Part shown: positions 13,401 to 26,994 of the stretch, piece after piece
Layout of the letters: the number at the start of each line of letters is the position of its first letter
Position numbering within the stretch: the first letter of the stretch is position 1
Assembly: GCF_009834535.1 (NCBI RefSeq)
Contig: NC_045698.1
Location: forward strand, 1,738,001-1,802,000
DNA length: 64,000 nucleotides
Origin: Camelus ferus
Taxonomy: Eukaryota
Direction: 5' to 3'
Translations under genes and position numbers: made by a program
The notes under the pieces: generated by a model
The model's input: only the letters and a program-made list of their open reading frames with translations
What the model was told of the DNA's origin: nothing
Database searches by the model: none

Positions 13401-16145
13401 TGCGCCTGCCTCACCCTGGGTGCGGGTGGGAAGGTTGTCATCTGCAAAATCCAAGGTCACTTTCGCCACTAGGAAAGTGTCCGTGAGGAACTATTAATAG
13501 AAACCGGGAGCGATACCGCTGTCCCAGCCTCATGATCCCCACGCCCGTGGCGAGCAGGGGGCTCGGGGCTCTGAGAGGCCTGGGCGACAGTAGCTGGGTT
13601 TTCTCCTACAAATGCCGCACCTGTCAGCTCTCACAGCAGGCTACACTCTTCCTCGCCCGCCGCCAGCGTCCTGCCATCCGGGGAAAGGTATTTTTAAACA
13701 TCTTTCAGTACATTTTATTACTCCCAAGTGCAGCAGAAATAGTTCTTCCATGCGTGAAGCAGCACCTTTCCCCCAGCACGACCCGCAGCGAGGGAGCATC
13801 TTAGAGACGGCGAGCCGTCACCCTAATCGCTTCTGACTTTTTTCTTCAAAACCGCGTCATGAAAATGCTGCAATGTGATAAAAGGGGATTGTTCTCTAGG
13901 AAAAAAGAAAGAGCTGAGGTTTCAGTCCAGCGTGCACAGAATATCCCGTCGCTGTGTGCCAGCCCGGGCTCGGTCAGGGCGACGCCCTCCAGGTAAGGGT
14001 GCCGGGCTCTCCCCAGCTCTGGGACCACCATTCATGACCTCAGAGAAGTCACACGGCCTCACAAATGCAGCTTTAGGAACACTCGGAGGGTTCTGGTCCC
14101 ACCTTCCGGCCTCCCGCAGCTGCCAGCGCATTCACAAACGCATATTTGCGAAGCACCGTGAGCTGTTTGGAGAGGGTCTCAGGGGCCAGGACTCCCAGGC
14201 CTCCTCCCTCCCAGAGTGAAAACACACAAGGGAGAGACGTGCAAATTCACGTGGGGCTCAGCGTCGCGGCGGCGTCACGTTGTGAGGACCAGCCCTTCCT
14301 GATCCTCCGTTTCCCTGGGGCTCATGACTCCCACGCATTCAGAAGATGTGCTTCCAAAATCAGGAACAGAGATGCTCAGGGCTCGTCGTGGATATAAAGG
14401 CAAACAATTTGCCACGACATTTTTTTTTTTTACCGATTTACCAACAAAGGTCCTAAATCCATGGTGCTCACCCCGTTCTCTTTTCAGGGTTCTAACGTCT
14501 TTCTCAGCCCCCCCATGGGGGACGCCTTTGTATGCGAGGATCACGGGACTTTCTTTTCTCTTTTCCATGTCCCTTCAGGCTTGGAATCCCACTAATGGGC
14601 GGTAGACACAAGGCCCATTAGCCGCCTAAAGGTTTCTAAGTTATCCCGCCATAAAATATTTCTCAAGTAGCACCAGGGGGTTAATACTCGTCAGTGAATT
14701 GAAGAACATGTTAAGTCATTCTTAACGGTGCTAGAAAGTCTTCTGACCACTGCTTGCTTCACGGGGGCTCCATCTCAAACACAGCCTTTTCGAGAGGAAA
14801 TAATCGTAGTTCTGTTACCACCGTGGACACGCTGCGCTAAGGAACTCGAGGCTGCAGACAGACGTTCCTTCCAGAAGGTAAGTTAGCGGCCGCGTCGTCT
14901 GGTGTTTGTCCCGTCCTGCAGGGCTGCCGGCAGCCCGATGGGGGCCGCACTGAGTCCCGGGCCCCTGCGTGGATGGAGCGTTGGGGGCGCTGTGTGCGCG
15001 GTGGCAGAGTGAGACAGAGAAGCCCGGAGCTGGAGGAAGCGAGCCTGACCGCGCTGTCCACGCGCCCCTCCCTCGCCTCCTCCGGCCACAGGACACTCAA
15101 GAAATGCATGTGGACAACGTGGTTTTCAAAACGCTCGCTCTTACAATTATGCCTTCAGAACACAACGGTCCAACAACTGGGCCCGGAGTGGAGCCGACCA
15201 CAGGTGAGGGACAGTCCCCCCTGGATCCCATAGGGAAGAGAGACCTGTGCTTGCCTCCCGACCCTCTCCAAGGTCAGGTGGCGCTGCCTGGGGTCAGGGT
15301 GAGGACGACCCCCTTGGAGAGGCCGGGGACAAGATGCCAAGTTTCCGTGGCAGGAGGGGGACCCAGGTCAACAGGCAGCCTTCTGGGGAAGGGCACCCTG
15401 CTCCCCAGCTGCTCATCACCCCCAGAAGCATGTCGCTGTTGACCCCAGTGGGGCCTTTACATGTCACCTTGAACTTGAACTATTTACTTGTATTCAGACC
15501 CTGGAGATGCGTGTCCTCTGCACCCAGTCCCAGCTCTGGGTGTGTCCCATTGAGACAGCGTGATGACAAGGAAGAAGCGAAACATCCCGGGCCTGTCTCT
15601 CCCCAGGCAGCTGGTGCGTGACAGGGTGTGCCACCTGGCTGGTGGGTGATGAGCAACAGTCCCCCATACGCCTGAAAGACCTGGGCCACTTGCTACGTCC
15701 TGCTTAAGGGCTGTTCACCCGCATGACGTAAGGGAGACACAACTCCTGCTCCAAAATTAGACTGTGCAGGTGAGACAGCATCTGAGGGGACCGCGGGAGC
15801 TCTGGAAGGTGTACGTGCGTGTGTGCGTGTGCGTCTGTACGTATGCACGTGTGTGCGTGAAACAAAAGGGCAAGAGCTATTGTGCTTGATCCTTAAGGTT
15901 TAAGCAGCTTCAGCTACCGGTTAGCCAAGAACTCAATGAAAAAAGAGAAAAGGATTGAAGAGAAAGCACAAGGGGTGAGACCTGCTCACGTGAGCCGAGA
16001 GCGGCTGGCGGTGCCCCAGGACCTGGGGCCGGCGGGACGCCCGCAGTGTACGGGTTAGAAGGGTGAAGTCCAGCCGTGTTTGTGAAGCTCTAGATTTCAC
16101 CTGCCTCTCCGATTTTGATTTACTCTAGGAAATTTAAACTCCATC

Positions 16146-16146
<1 letters not shown>

Positions 16147-16186
<40 letters not shown>
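16147..16186. repeat. (GT)20 microsatellite followed by a GA-rich tract
   Basis: Read directly from the sequence. Confidence 0.97.
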
Positions 16187-16188
<2 letters not shown>

Positions 16189-16925
16189 AGAGAGACAGAA
16201 ACAGAGACACGGAGACACAGAGAGAGAAGTGTATCATATCAAAAAATTGGAGGATCTCAGGAAATAAACCTACTGTAATTGTAGTTTCAGATTCCAGGAG
16301 GAAAGAGGCCAGAGGCCCTCTCAGTCCTGGGGTGCTGAGCCCGGGCCAGGCACAGGGCCCCTGGCCCCGAAGGCAGGCAGAGGGCGGCCCCGCGGTGCGG
16401 GATGACCATCACCCTGCCTCTCCTCCCGCCAGACAGAGGTCTGGGTTCCACGGTGTGTTTCTTTGTTTTTGCAAATACAGAGGCCCCATTCTGTGAACTT
16501 GCCGTAGAGTAATTTAGGGGAAAGAAGGACGCCAGCACAGCTCAGTTCCATAACAACCACGCCGGCTCACCTCCGCCTTCCTGTCCACACCCCACAGAAC
16601 CACACCGCCACCATCGCCGGACAGAGCCCCCTCGGGAACCAGAGGCAGCGCGCATCGGCCGGCGCGTCAGGCGCCGCGGAAACAAACGCAGTGTTAGGCC
16701 GAGAGGAAACGTTCCCAGTGCTTTACCTGTCTGACTCTTCCTTGCCATTTGCTAAAGTTAATAGCAGTTAATGTCCATGAAAACGGTTTTGAATTTCACG
16801 AGCTTCTTTTTCACTGGTGAGTCTCCCACGCAATCGGAATGTCTGCGCGCTGAGTCCCGTGAGGGGGAAGAGGGCTGCAAAGTGCGACCGTCCTTCAGGG
16901 GAGAGACACACTCACCCCTGACGCC

Positions 16926-16971
16926 AACACGCACACGCACACGCACACGCACACGCGCGCACACGCACACA
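16926..16971. repeat. (ACACGC)n alternating purine-pyrimidine repeat
   Basis: acacgcacacgcacacgcacacgcacacgcgcgcacacgcacac. Confidence 0.9.
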
Positions 16972-17573
16972 CTGTTCCCTGCAGTTTTAGCGTTTTGGCT
17001 GGAACGTATACATATTGCATGTATTAGCAGAGTTGTCAGCATCACCGACGTAATTGCCCAAAGTCATTGCTTCTTCCCTGGCAGTTGAAAGCCCAGAACC
17101 CCCGTGAAGGAGTGAACAGACTTCTTTGACCCACTTAAGTCTCCTTTGCATTTGTATCTGACAGGGACCCGGCGTCTCACCGAGGATTTTGCGAGAAGAC
17201 GTCTTGGGTGTTCTGCTCACTTCCTGCATCGCGGGGGCTGGGGCTGCGCGGGCCTGCGGGTCACTCACCATGGGGGCTGCCCGCGGGGGGCTGGACCGGA
17301 CCCGAGCCCCGGCTGTCCCTCCTCTGCTGCCCCCTCTTCTGCGTCTCACCATGCGGGTACTTCAACCCACACACAGTGTTTCCAGACCCCACCATCACTT
17401 CCTGAGTGTTTAATAAGTACACGCATTTGAAATAGATGCCAAGTGTCTGCATCCGTCAAATTGCTCTCAAGAGCAGTTGAGGCAGCGCCGTGCAGAGAGG
17501 GTCCAGACAGGGCAAGAGATCAGGAGGGAGTGAGAGCACAGGTGCTGTCAGGGAAAACCGCTCTGAGCTCCCA

Positions 17574-17725
17574 GCCTCCTGCACTCTCATCTACACTGCC
17601 TCCCACACCTGACTGTCTACACTGCCTCCCGCACTCATGGTCTACACTGCCTCCCACACCTGACTGTCTACACTGCCTCCTGCACCCAAGTGTCTACACT
17701 GCCTCCTGAAGTTGACTGTCTACAC
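17574..17725. repeat. 25-26 bp minisatellite, ~5.5 copies, core TCTACACTGCCTCC
   Basis: Repeated units such as tctacactgcctcccacacctgactg and tctacactgcctcccgcactcatgg. Confidence 0.92.
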
Positions 17726-19790
17726 AATGCCCCTGCAACTAGCAGTCTGCAGTTTCCCAGCACAAAGATGTGTTTTCTAACAAGCAAGGAAAATGAGGAG
17801 GATTATCCAGGAGGCTGCAGGACCCGGGTCCTGCTAGTGTGGGCAGAGTCTGGGGTCTGATTCTGCAGGTGGGTGGGTCCCCCTGCAGCCCCTCGACCAG
17901 GCGGGCATTTAGTCTGTGACATTTTGGAGGTTGGTGTGGGGAGGGCTTGGAGGCAGAAGTGCTGCGTTTGGATGTTGTGATGGGCGGACGGAGGCGGGGG
18001 GGCCACAGGGAGGCCTGCTGGGTCAGAGGTGGAGCAGCAGGGAAGGGGCCGAGGAGGCGGGTAGGTAGTGCTGCTGGTCACCGTCACATGCCTTCCCGTC
18101 GAAACAGTTGAAAGGAACGTGTCCAGTTTCGTTTGCGTCCCCAGCCTAGTGCATCGCTGGGCCTTCCTTCCCAGCATAAGTTCTCTGCTTCCAGCGTAAA
18201 TTCCCACTTGAAAGTCAGTCTCTTTGAGCAAACTCTGGTGTCCTTCCAGACGTGCTGTGCAGCCACAGTGAACCAGAAGCAGACGGGGCCGAGCGTGGGG
18301 TGTAGGGTTACCCCGCTCTGTGCTCCTGGAGAAAGACTACAGGCCAGAGACCAGAGATGAGTGTGTTCTAAACACACACTTTCGAGGATGCACCGTGATT
18401 GAAACCTCTGAAACCAATAAGAAAGTCCTAAGAAATCTGTGTCCCTAGACGTTTACAGTGATTTTAAGGGCTTGTTGATAACACATTCATTAGTGGAATT
18501 GTTCAGCCACACAATGAAATCAAACGAGAAATTATTGAAAACTCCAGTTACGTCTTCTAATTTCTGTCGAGTTGAAAAGTAGGTACTTTTAAAGGAACTC
18601 AAGTCCATTACCAAGAGTCTAGCAATCCAACACGAACCAGTGTGAATGCAGTCTGCAGGCGGTGACTCGCACTAGGACTCCGAATCTCAGGAAAAGCCTC
18701 GTGACCAAACCTACCATTCTGACTCCATCATGCTGCCTCTCACCTTTCTATCTGCAATCACGTGAGGCCACAAACACTCACTGTGTTGATTTCAGATCCA
18801 GACAAACCTATCAAGCGCACCCCCCCCCATCGCGTTCCTGGACCTCGGTGCTGGCTGGAGCCGAGACACAGGCTGTAAGTCAAATCACCTGCAGAAAAGA
18901 GGTCAGGACCCAAGCCCGACCACTGCCATCCCCCCTGCCTGCTGAGCTTGCTGAGGCTGGTCTGTGTGCCCACTGCTGGGCCAATACTGAGATCACCACC
19001 TGTAGGCTGCAGACGTTTCCCCTGCCTCTGATGGAAGTCAGAGGGCCACGCTAAGCCACTGTCTCCACCATCTCCAGACAGCTCCTTTGCAGGGCTTCCG
19101 TGGTCTCTGGAAACGTCTGGATCTTCAAAGAGCAGGTGAGTCCTCACGTTGCCTCTCCCCCATCCACCCGGGTGGAAGTCCGAGGATGCTGCCGAGGTCC
19201 GAGCTCTGTCACCCAAATGCTGCCTGAGTTCCTGCCACGGGCATTCACTTCTTGTGTTTTCAGCCTCCGTTCTTCACTGGAGGCCAAGCTAGAGCAGCTG
19301 ACCCCGAATCTCTCTCCAGGTGGCCCACGTGTCAATCCTGGCTGCGGGACCATTGGACTAATACATGAAGTCTTTTAATGTGGAACCTAAAAGCCCTGAG
19401 CCTGGGTGGCTGTGAACAAATCCATGCCCATGTGAAGTGACCACTTTCAAGCAGCAGCCCTCACTGAAGGGAAGAGCATGTGACTTGGGAGCGGGTTTCC
19501 ACTGGAGAAAGGAGACCTGGAAGGTTTGGCGATCAGGCCAGAACAGAAGAGAAACGTGGAAAGGGTTGTTGGAGTCTCTCTGTTTCAAGACAAAGTTCGT
19601 TTGCTTTCTACCGCAGGGTGGTTCTGGCTTGAACCCGAGTCACATGGCACCTCAAATTCCACTCACACACGGTTGCTGAATTCAGTTCTGTTAAATCTGC
19701 CTCAGTGCCTCCCTCCCACACACCTCTGTTCCAAGTCGTGTAAGAAAAAAACTCACTTGACAAATAATTTTAATGTATCTCATCAATATT

Positions 19791-19973
19791 AGGGTTGCCA
19801 GATTCAGCAAATAAAAATAAAGAATCTCCAGTTAAGTTTAGGTTTCAGAAAGCCAACAAGACTTTAGAGCATGTCCTGAACACTACATGGGCCTTACTTA
19901 CACTACCAAGGCATCCATAGTCTATCAAAATATCAAGTGTAACTGGATGTCTTGTATTTCATTTGGCAACTCT
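19791..19973. mobile_element. MER53-like palindromic non-autonomous DNA transposon (MITE)
   Basis: Termini AGGGTTGCCAGATT..AAATAAAAATA and TGTATTTCATTTGGCAACTCT are inverted repeats; the centre ATGTCC..CATGGG matches my recollection of MER53. Confidence 0.8.
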
Positions 19974-20127
19974 GTAATTTATATATATTTATATATTTAT
20001 GTTTGAACATTTATGTGTATACTCATGTGTTCTTTGTATTCTATTCTTACTGTACTTTTTAATTGATTGTATCTATTATTTCTTGCAGAAGTCTGAGATG
20101 CCTCTGAGGTCAGGGAGAGGACCATTT

Positions 20128-20410
20128 TTTGTGCTATGTAAAATCAAACCAATGACGTTGTGCATTTATCAAAACCTATAGAATGTGCAACCCAGAGACT
20201 GAACCCTAATGGAAACTGTGGGCTCGAGTTAATAATAATGTATCAATTTTGGACCATCAATTGTAACAAATGCAGGCACTCATGCAGGATGTGAAGATAG
20301 GGGAAATGTTTGTTGAACGCGTGGACAGACCTGTATAGGAATTTTTTGTATTCACTGTGTAGTTTTTCTGTAACCCTGTAACTGCTCTAAAATATCAAGT
20401 CTATTTTAAA
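20128..20410 (+). mobile_element. L1MC-type LINE-1 3'-end fragment
   Basis: TGCATTTATCAAAACCTATAGAATGTGCAAC..GAACCCTAATGGAAACTGTGG..GTTAATAATAATGTATCAA..CAATTGTAACAAATG..TTTTTCTGTAACCCTGTAACTGCTCTAAAA. Confidence 0.8.
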
Positions 20411-23400
20411 AATCAAATGTGTAAGACACATGTGCTAATATTTGATTTTCCAAATGATGCAAAGCAGTAAAGTGTGTAAGTGGGGCCCAGCTTCCCGTGT
20501 GGGACCCGAGCTGGAAAGTGCGAATCCGGCTATGGAGAGGCTGCCTTGCGATGGCAGCGGCAGGGAAAGGCTCCTCCTTAGGGGAGCGGTGCTGGACTGA
20601 GGCAGAAAGCTGTCGACCTCCAAGGAAAAGATCCACTCCAGGCTCTTCCCCACCCTACCCGTCCCCAGTCAGGGCATTACTGGGGTCCTTCTCTGCTCCT
20701 GAGTCTCATACCATTAAAATGACCTTTTCCCACCAGGCCACACCCACTGACATCCAACCCCTAGTGCAGTTGAGACCACTTCTCCAGTCTTGCCGCCAGT
20801 GCCCCAGCCACAGGTTGGCATCAAATCTTCCCACAGCTCTTTGGGCGGGTGACATGGCTTCTTACATGAATGGGGGAGGAGGAGGCTCAGAAAAGATGCA
20901 CACACGCTTGCCCTCGGCTGGACCTCAGGACGTGCATCAGAGCCGAGTCCAGCCCGGAGTCTCACCCGCACCCCCACCCCACCCCTCCCTCTCTGCTCGC
21001 GTTCTCAGATCCTGCCTCTGTCAGAGATCACGTTTCTCAAAATTAAAATCATGCAGCTTTATCTTTTAAAGATTTTAATTAATTGTTTGATATTTATAAA
21101 TTATATGTATTTTGCCCTCCAATCTTAATAGAAACCTTTGAATATTTGAGAAGAAAAACTACTTATCAGAAAACAGCAAATGGGTCATTTTTATTTTTCT
21201 GCATCTGGTTTACTCTACAGGTTCTGTTGAAAACAGATTTAAATGTCCACTTGGAATACAATAACTTTTTAAGTTTTGAATTGTTGTTGGTAGAAGAGAA
21301 ATTATGTGAAAAGCTTGATATATATACCAGGTAAGGAGGGATCCTGCTGAAAAAGAAAAAACTGAAGAAATATATAATTTATGAATTACACTGTCTTTAT
21401 TTTACGACAAACCCAAGCCTCGTCACCCCTCCTCAGAACAAAACACCCAGACAGGCGCAGTAATCATTAAATCCGGTCCTCTTTGATATGTTGATGACTT
21501 CCCTGCAAATCACGCTTTGCACATGTTTTGTGATTTTGTCAGTTGAAGGTGTATTTTCCCAGGGAGAAGGATAAAACATGCTGCACAGAGCAGTTTGTAA
21601 ACCTGATTTACAAATGTTCACTGTTCAGACACTGAAGGGGCCTCGTTTATCCCCTCGCCCCGGCCCCCACGTGGCCTTCCCTGGGCCTCGGGCTGAGATG
21701 TGGGCGGGGAGCCTAACGAGCAGGGCAGGCGGACAGCGACACGTGGGCCTGTCGATCCCGAGCCTCCTGTGCAGGAGGAGCTGGGCGTTGGGAGGAGGGC
21801 CGCTTGGGGCAGTCAGGGGGCCACCCTGTCCCCTCCCCTCCCCATGCTGTGGAGGTCACTGGCAGGCACCCTCGTGTCCGGGAGCTCTCTGCCCAGCAGC
21901 TCAGCCTCCAGAGTGCATGCGCTGCACCCCCTGCAGGACTGCTGCCCAGAGCCAGGGCCGGGGCCCTGCCAAGGGGGCCACCTGCCCTGTTTAGATCTCA
22001 CCCTCCGTCACTTGTGTGGGACCCTCTCCTGGTGATCCCTGGAGGAGGCACCTGCCTCCGAGCATCCTGCCTGAGGCTGCCACAGAAGGAGGCCGGGTAC
22101 CAGGAAAATAGTGCTTCCTGGGCCGTTTGACCCCAAGATGATTTTAGGAACTCCACTGGTCCTTTCCTGCGTGACAGATTTGCTGCCAGTGTTTTGTTCT
22201 GACCTCTAGGTAACAGTCAGGCTAAGGGCCCCCCTGGCCTGGGAGCACCCCTGCCCCCTCTCCTGCAGCCCACAGCCCACCTGCAGCTGGCCTTCTTCCC
22301 AGCCTCTCCGCCCCCGGTGCACTGGGAAGACAGGGACAGGAGGGGCTTGCGCCTGAATGCATCGCTTGCTTCTGCTTGAAGATCTAAAGTCTACAGAAAG
22401 TTTACATTATAACTCACTTGTGGGTCTGCCTGCTGGCAGGCTGACTTCATCTTCTTTCAAAGCACAGCCTTAACTCAGCCCCGTCCTTTATAAGAGGTCA
22501 AGCCCTGAGGAGATGTTAAGCCAACTGTGCTTCTCATCCAGGCTTGGGCTCCCCCCACCCCCACCCCAGGAAGGTAGCCGCTGTTTATATCTGGGCCCAT
22601 TACCACCTAACACAGTATTATTTGAGGGGCTGAGTATCACTAATCGTTTTAAAACAAATTGTTTTTCCACTGCTTAAGAGCCAGAAAGAATAAACCTGAA
22701 ACTGGCCTGGGCCTCCTATTTAAATAAACTAGCTTCCTCATGGGACCTGCCCAGACTTGGACCCCGGGGTCCGCGAGGCCCCCCCTCCCGCCCCACCCCC
22801 TCCTGGCCTCCACACCTTGGCCGGCTGGTCCAGGCCGCATTCACCGTCTCCCTATCTCAGCTGTGCGGACCTCCAGGATCGCGTTACCACTGAGTCAGAT
22901 GGTGGGAAGGATGGGGCCGAGGTCGCTTTGGGGACACAATTTCCCCAGATCAACAACAGGGCCTGCCTCCTAAAGGTCACAGAGCACACCACCTCCTGGA
23001 TCCTATCCTCACCCGCTCCCCACCCTCACCCCCAGAGCCTCCCCCGCGGCCGCTGGCGCCCCCTGCACGTCCTGCGCTGCTCTGGGACCCTCTCCAGCTA
23101 AGGACGGTGCTCCTATGGTCCTGCCCCTCTGCTGCCAATTCTGAGCTTCCAAGTCAAAGTCACCAGTGGCTGCCACGAGCCCCCAAAATGAAGGGTTGGG
23201 CCGAGAATGGGTTCAAGGACCCCCCCCAACACCTTGACTCAGGGTCTTGTCCTGAGGTGTCGTAGCAGGCCGGAACCCAGGGGACCTGGCATGCTCGCAG
23301 GTGCCCCCAACTGGGCTGTGAACACTGCTGCGTCCGCGTGGGCGTCCCCAACTCCAGGCAGCCCTCCAGACTGTTCTTAAAGAAAGAAGCATGGGGAGGC

Positions 23401-23499
23401 GGGGGAGGGTGTGTCCAGGTACCTAAATTTGCGTTGTCAGGCCTGTAAAACCCTGACTTCGCCTGGTTAATTCCCTAAAAAGGAGAAGGGGTGTCTAGG

Positions 23500-25260
23500 C
23501 CATTGGCAGGCGGGGAGTCGCGCCCAGATGCCCGCGGCTCACTCGAGCGCCCTGCGGACCCTTGCTGTGTTTGTCGAGGTCGTCCGGGGAGGCGCGGCCC
23601 CGCAAGGCTGGCCGCGCAGTCGGGCTCCACGCGGGTCCTGGGGCTGCAGCCGGGTATGCGCGGGGTCCCCGCGCCGGTCACCTCCCGGCGGGACGATCCA
23701 GGCGCGCGCCACGAGGGCTGCCGCCAGTGCGGGGCGAGTTCTCTCCGCGGCTGAGCGAGTATCAGAACCGGCTCTGCTGCCAGGCACCGCGCGATTGCGA
23801 TGTGCGTGCAGGAGAGACCTCAGGAGAATAGGGAAGGGGGAGTCGGCCAGGCTGGCGGCGGCTCTTCCCTCCTGGGCGCTGGAAGGGCGCCCGACCGTCC
23901 CTCGATCGTCCTAAACGCGGAGGCAGCGCTTTCGGTTTGCGGCGGCTGAGAGATGGCCTCGTCCCCTTCCGGTCGCACACCCACCGCGCCCAGCCAGGCG
24001 GCCTCCCCGCAGCGCTGAGGGGCGGGACCCAGAGCCGCCAACGAGTGGGGGTCAGGAGCAGGGCTGGAGGGCCGAAAGAGAGACTGAGAGGAGGGGAGAC
24101 TTGCCTGGGGGAGGGAGCTGGAGTAGGGCCTGGATGGCGGGTTCCAGAGTGGGGCCTGGGGGAGGGGTCCTTGAGTAGAGCCTGGTTGGGGACCCAGAGC
24201 GGAACCTGGGGTGAGGGGACACGGGTAGGGCCAGGATGGGGGCTATGGGAGTGGAGCCGGGAGTGGGAGTTGGGGGGAGCCCGGAATGGGGCCTCCTCTG
24301 GGAGCTGGCTGGCGTCGGGCGATCCTGCAGGATTGTGGACGGCTCCGAACGCCTGGCTGCGGCCTCCCCCAAGGAGCCTGCAAAGGGCCGGAGCCCTCTC
24401 CCCTCGAGGGGATGGGACCCGAACGTGGCGGGAGAACTAAAGCAGGTCGCTGGATCTGGGCCTCCTAGGCTGTCGTGGCCCGGAGATTCCGGGCTTCGGC
24501 TCAGCCCTCTCCTCTGCGCCTGCCCGCGCCGCCCCCTCCCCACCCCCAAGCACCTCCCTGTGCCCCCGGCCCAGGGATCCCAGCCCGACCCTGCGGTCCT
24601 GCGTATCTCCGCTCTCCCTCGACCTGCTGCTACTCGGCTCGCCCGCCTCAGCCCCGCGGGGGCCTCGATGTGACCAATAAGCGCACACATGGCGGCTCTG
24701 AGCTGGACGACCGCAGGACAGAAATAGGTCTAGGGGTGTCCCCTGAAGGACACCCTAAGCCTGGACGGTCCAGGGGGCTGGAGACCGCGGAGAAAAGACA
24801 GTTCTCTGAATAAATGCTTGTAGTAGCTGTGCAGGGCCAAACGTGGGCTTGGAACCCACCCTGGGTTAAAAGATATTAATGAGCTTCGGGCCCCCGGGGC
24901 TCCCCAGGGAGAGAGCGGTCCGGAGCAGGCCGGCCGGCGTGTGGAAAGCGAGGGCGACCACCAGGGTTCTGCTTCCACGCGCTGCGGAGCAGCCTTCCAG
25001 GCCAACGCTGCCTCTCCCCACGGGGCTCATCCGGACACAGATCGGCCTCTCCCGTCTTCCTGGGCCGCCTACTTGTCCCCACCTGACCCGCTAACTCACC
25101 TCCCTACTTTGCAGGGCCGAGGACGCCCCCACTTGGCGGGAGCTGGGGTGCGGGAGCCCGGAGCACGCGGGAACCGCAGCTGCGCTGGGCTAACGTGCCC
25201 TTCGCTCCCCGGGCCGAGGCAGCCCCGCTCTGCTGCCATTAGCGCCGCCTGAAAACAGGG
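23500..25260. promoter_or_regulatory. CpG island 3' of IRX2
   Basis: CpG-dense block with an abrupt transition to AT-rich sequence after ~25400. Confidence 0.8.
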
Positions 25261-26994
25261 GCCCTCCCCCAGCCCACCTTCCCCGGTTGGAAGATGTCAG
25301 GGGTTAAAGTGTTCGCTTTGCCCTTTCTCTTGATCTTGGAGGGAAAAGGCGAGAATTGCTAGCACCTTCATGGGCCTTAGACCTGCAGTGGCTGCAAGCA
25401 GCCCCGGCCCCCCGCTAACTTTGATCAGCCTTATTAATTCCAGCTGTGCTCTATTTGTTTGTCATTTTCCCCTTTTCCTCTGGAATCATTACTTATGGCG
25501 GGGGAGGGGGAGAGGTAGGTAGAAGGTGCCCGCTGGTAGAACAGAGACGGGGAATTTCTGACAAGGAGAGAGTGAATGTGTTCTCCCTAAAGGTCACCAA
25601 GAGGAGGGCACAGAGGAACCCGATCTGATCAGCTCCCTTTGGAATCGTTACTCAAGAGCATTAACTAATTACCTGATCAGAGAAATGAAAAAATAAATAT
25701 TCTTTAAAATAACCGAAGGTCATTAGGACTCTGTTGTTGACACTAATGATTAATAATTGATCAGGACTCACACACAATAAATTGCCAACTTATCTCCCCC
25801 ACAAAACGTGAGTGCTTGGGTAGCGTTGTGTCGTTCCCTTCCCCTGGCGCTGCCTCGGAAGAGCCACCCAGTTCCCACCTGGAAGCAGCCCCGACCTCAC
25901 AGTTGCTTCTTCAAGAGTATTAGATTGAACTTGTTTTCAGTTCCATCTAGAACAAAGTAACACTAGGACACCTTTTAAAAAGATGTTTCCTTATTATCTT
26001 GGGGCTGCACTTAAACAAAAAACATTTTTCCTCTTCCCCTTTCCATGGGATGGCGAAAGAACAGACGGCAGGTTTCATAAGTCACTTGGACTGTATCACC
26101 AGGATGGTCCCCCTTCAGAACTTCTTCATTTTTTATCTTTCTTAGAAAGAGGGAGGACATTCTGTCCTCAGTAGAGGGAATACAAGCTTATTCTCTGCGT
26201 GGAGGGTGAAGGTTCCAGCTGAGACTAGGTCCCTCTGTTTGCAGGAGACACACGGAAAAGAGAAGACAGGAACATGCAAATGGGGGTATTGGCTCCCTAA
26301 AACAGATTCCTCTCTTGCCTACCAATGCTTGGGGTCCAAGTGCAAATCATCAAACACCAGTTTCCTCACATTCCAGACCCAGCAGAGGGGAGGGCTGGTG
26401 GCCTGTGCTTTCATTATGACCAATAGGAAGTAATTTCCAGCAACTGGAAAATTATATTGTCATAGATTACCGCTCCTTATAATAAGCCTTTAAAATATCT
26501 GTAGGGATTTGTCACTTACATAAAGGTTTGCAAATACATCAAAGGGACATGTCCCCTTTGCGATTTGTAGAAATTCAAATGATGTTCATCATAATATACA
26601 CATATCACAGACTGTGGTGCATTGTTCCCCAAATTGCCTCTTCAGTTAAGACATTTTTAAAAATGTTTAAAATGTTATTTTTCGTAAAAGCAGTGTGAAA
26701 ACACATATTTAATGGATCTATTTATGCCCTTAGTTGGGGGTTAAAGTGCATGTTTTCCTTGGGATTTTCAGTGCACTGGGGAACTAAAGAGACGTTATAT
26801 GGTGACTGATCCTGATAGGCTGTTACTTGGAGGAACTTTCTCATAATCCAGAGCATTATTTACAAGTGAAAAGGGTGTCTCTGACGGAACAGATAAATTG
26901 CTTTGGAATGATTTTTGCAAACCGATGCCTGTTTACCCCTGTTCTAGCAGAGAAAGTTTAGGGCACATTGATTCTGTCATGTTAAGAAACAAAA

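Noticed and set aside
17590..17725. Short direct repeats with variable intervening sequence, superficially CRISPR-like
   Set aside because: The variable parts are only 11-12 nt and related to each other, the context is mammalian, and there are no cas genes. It is a minisatellite.
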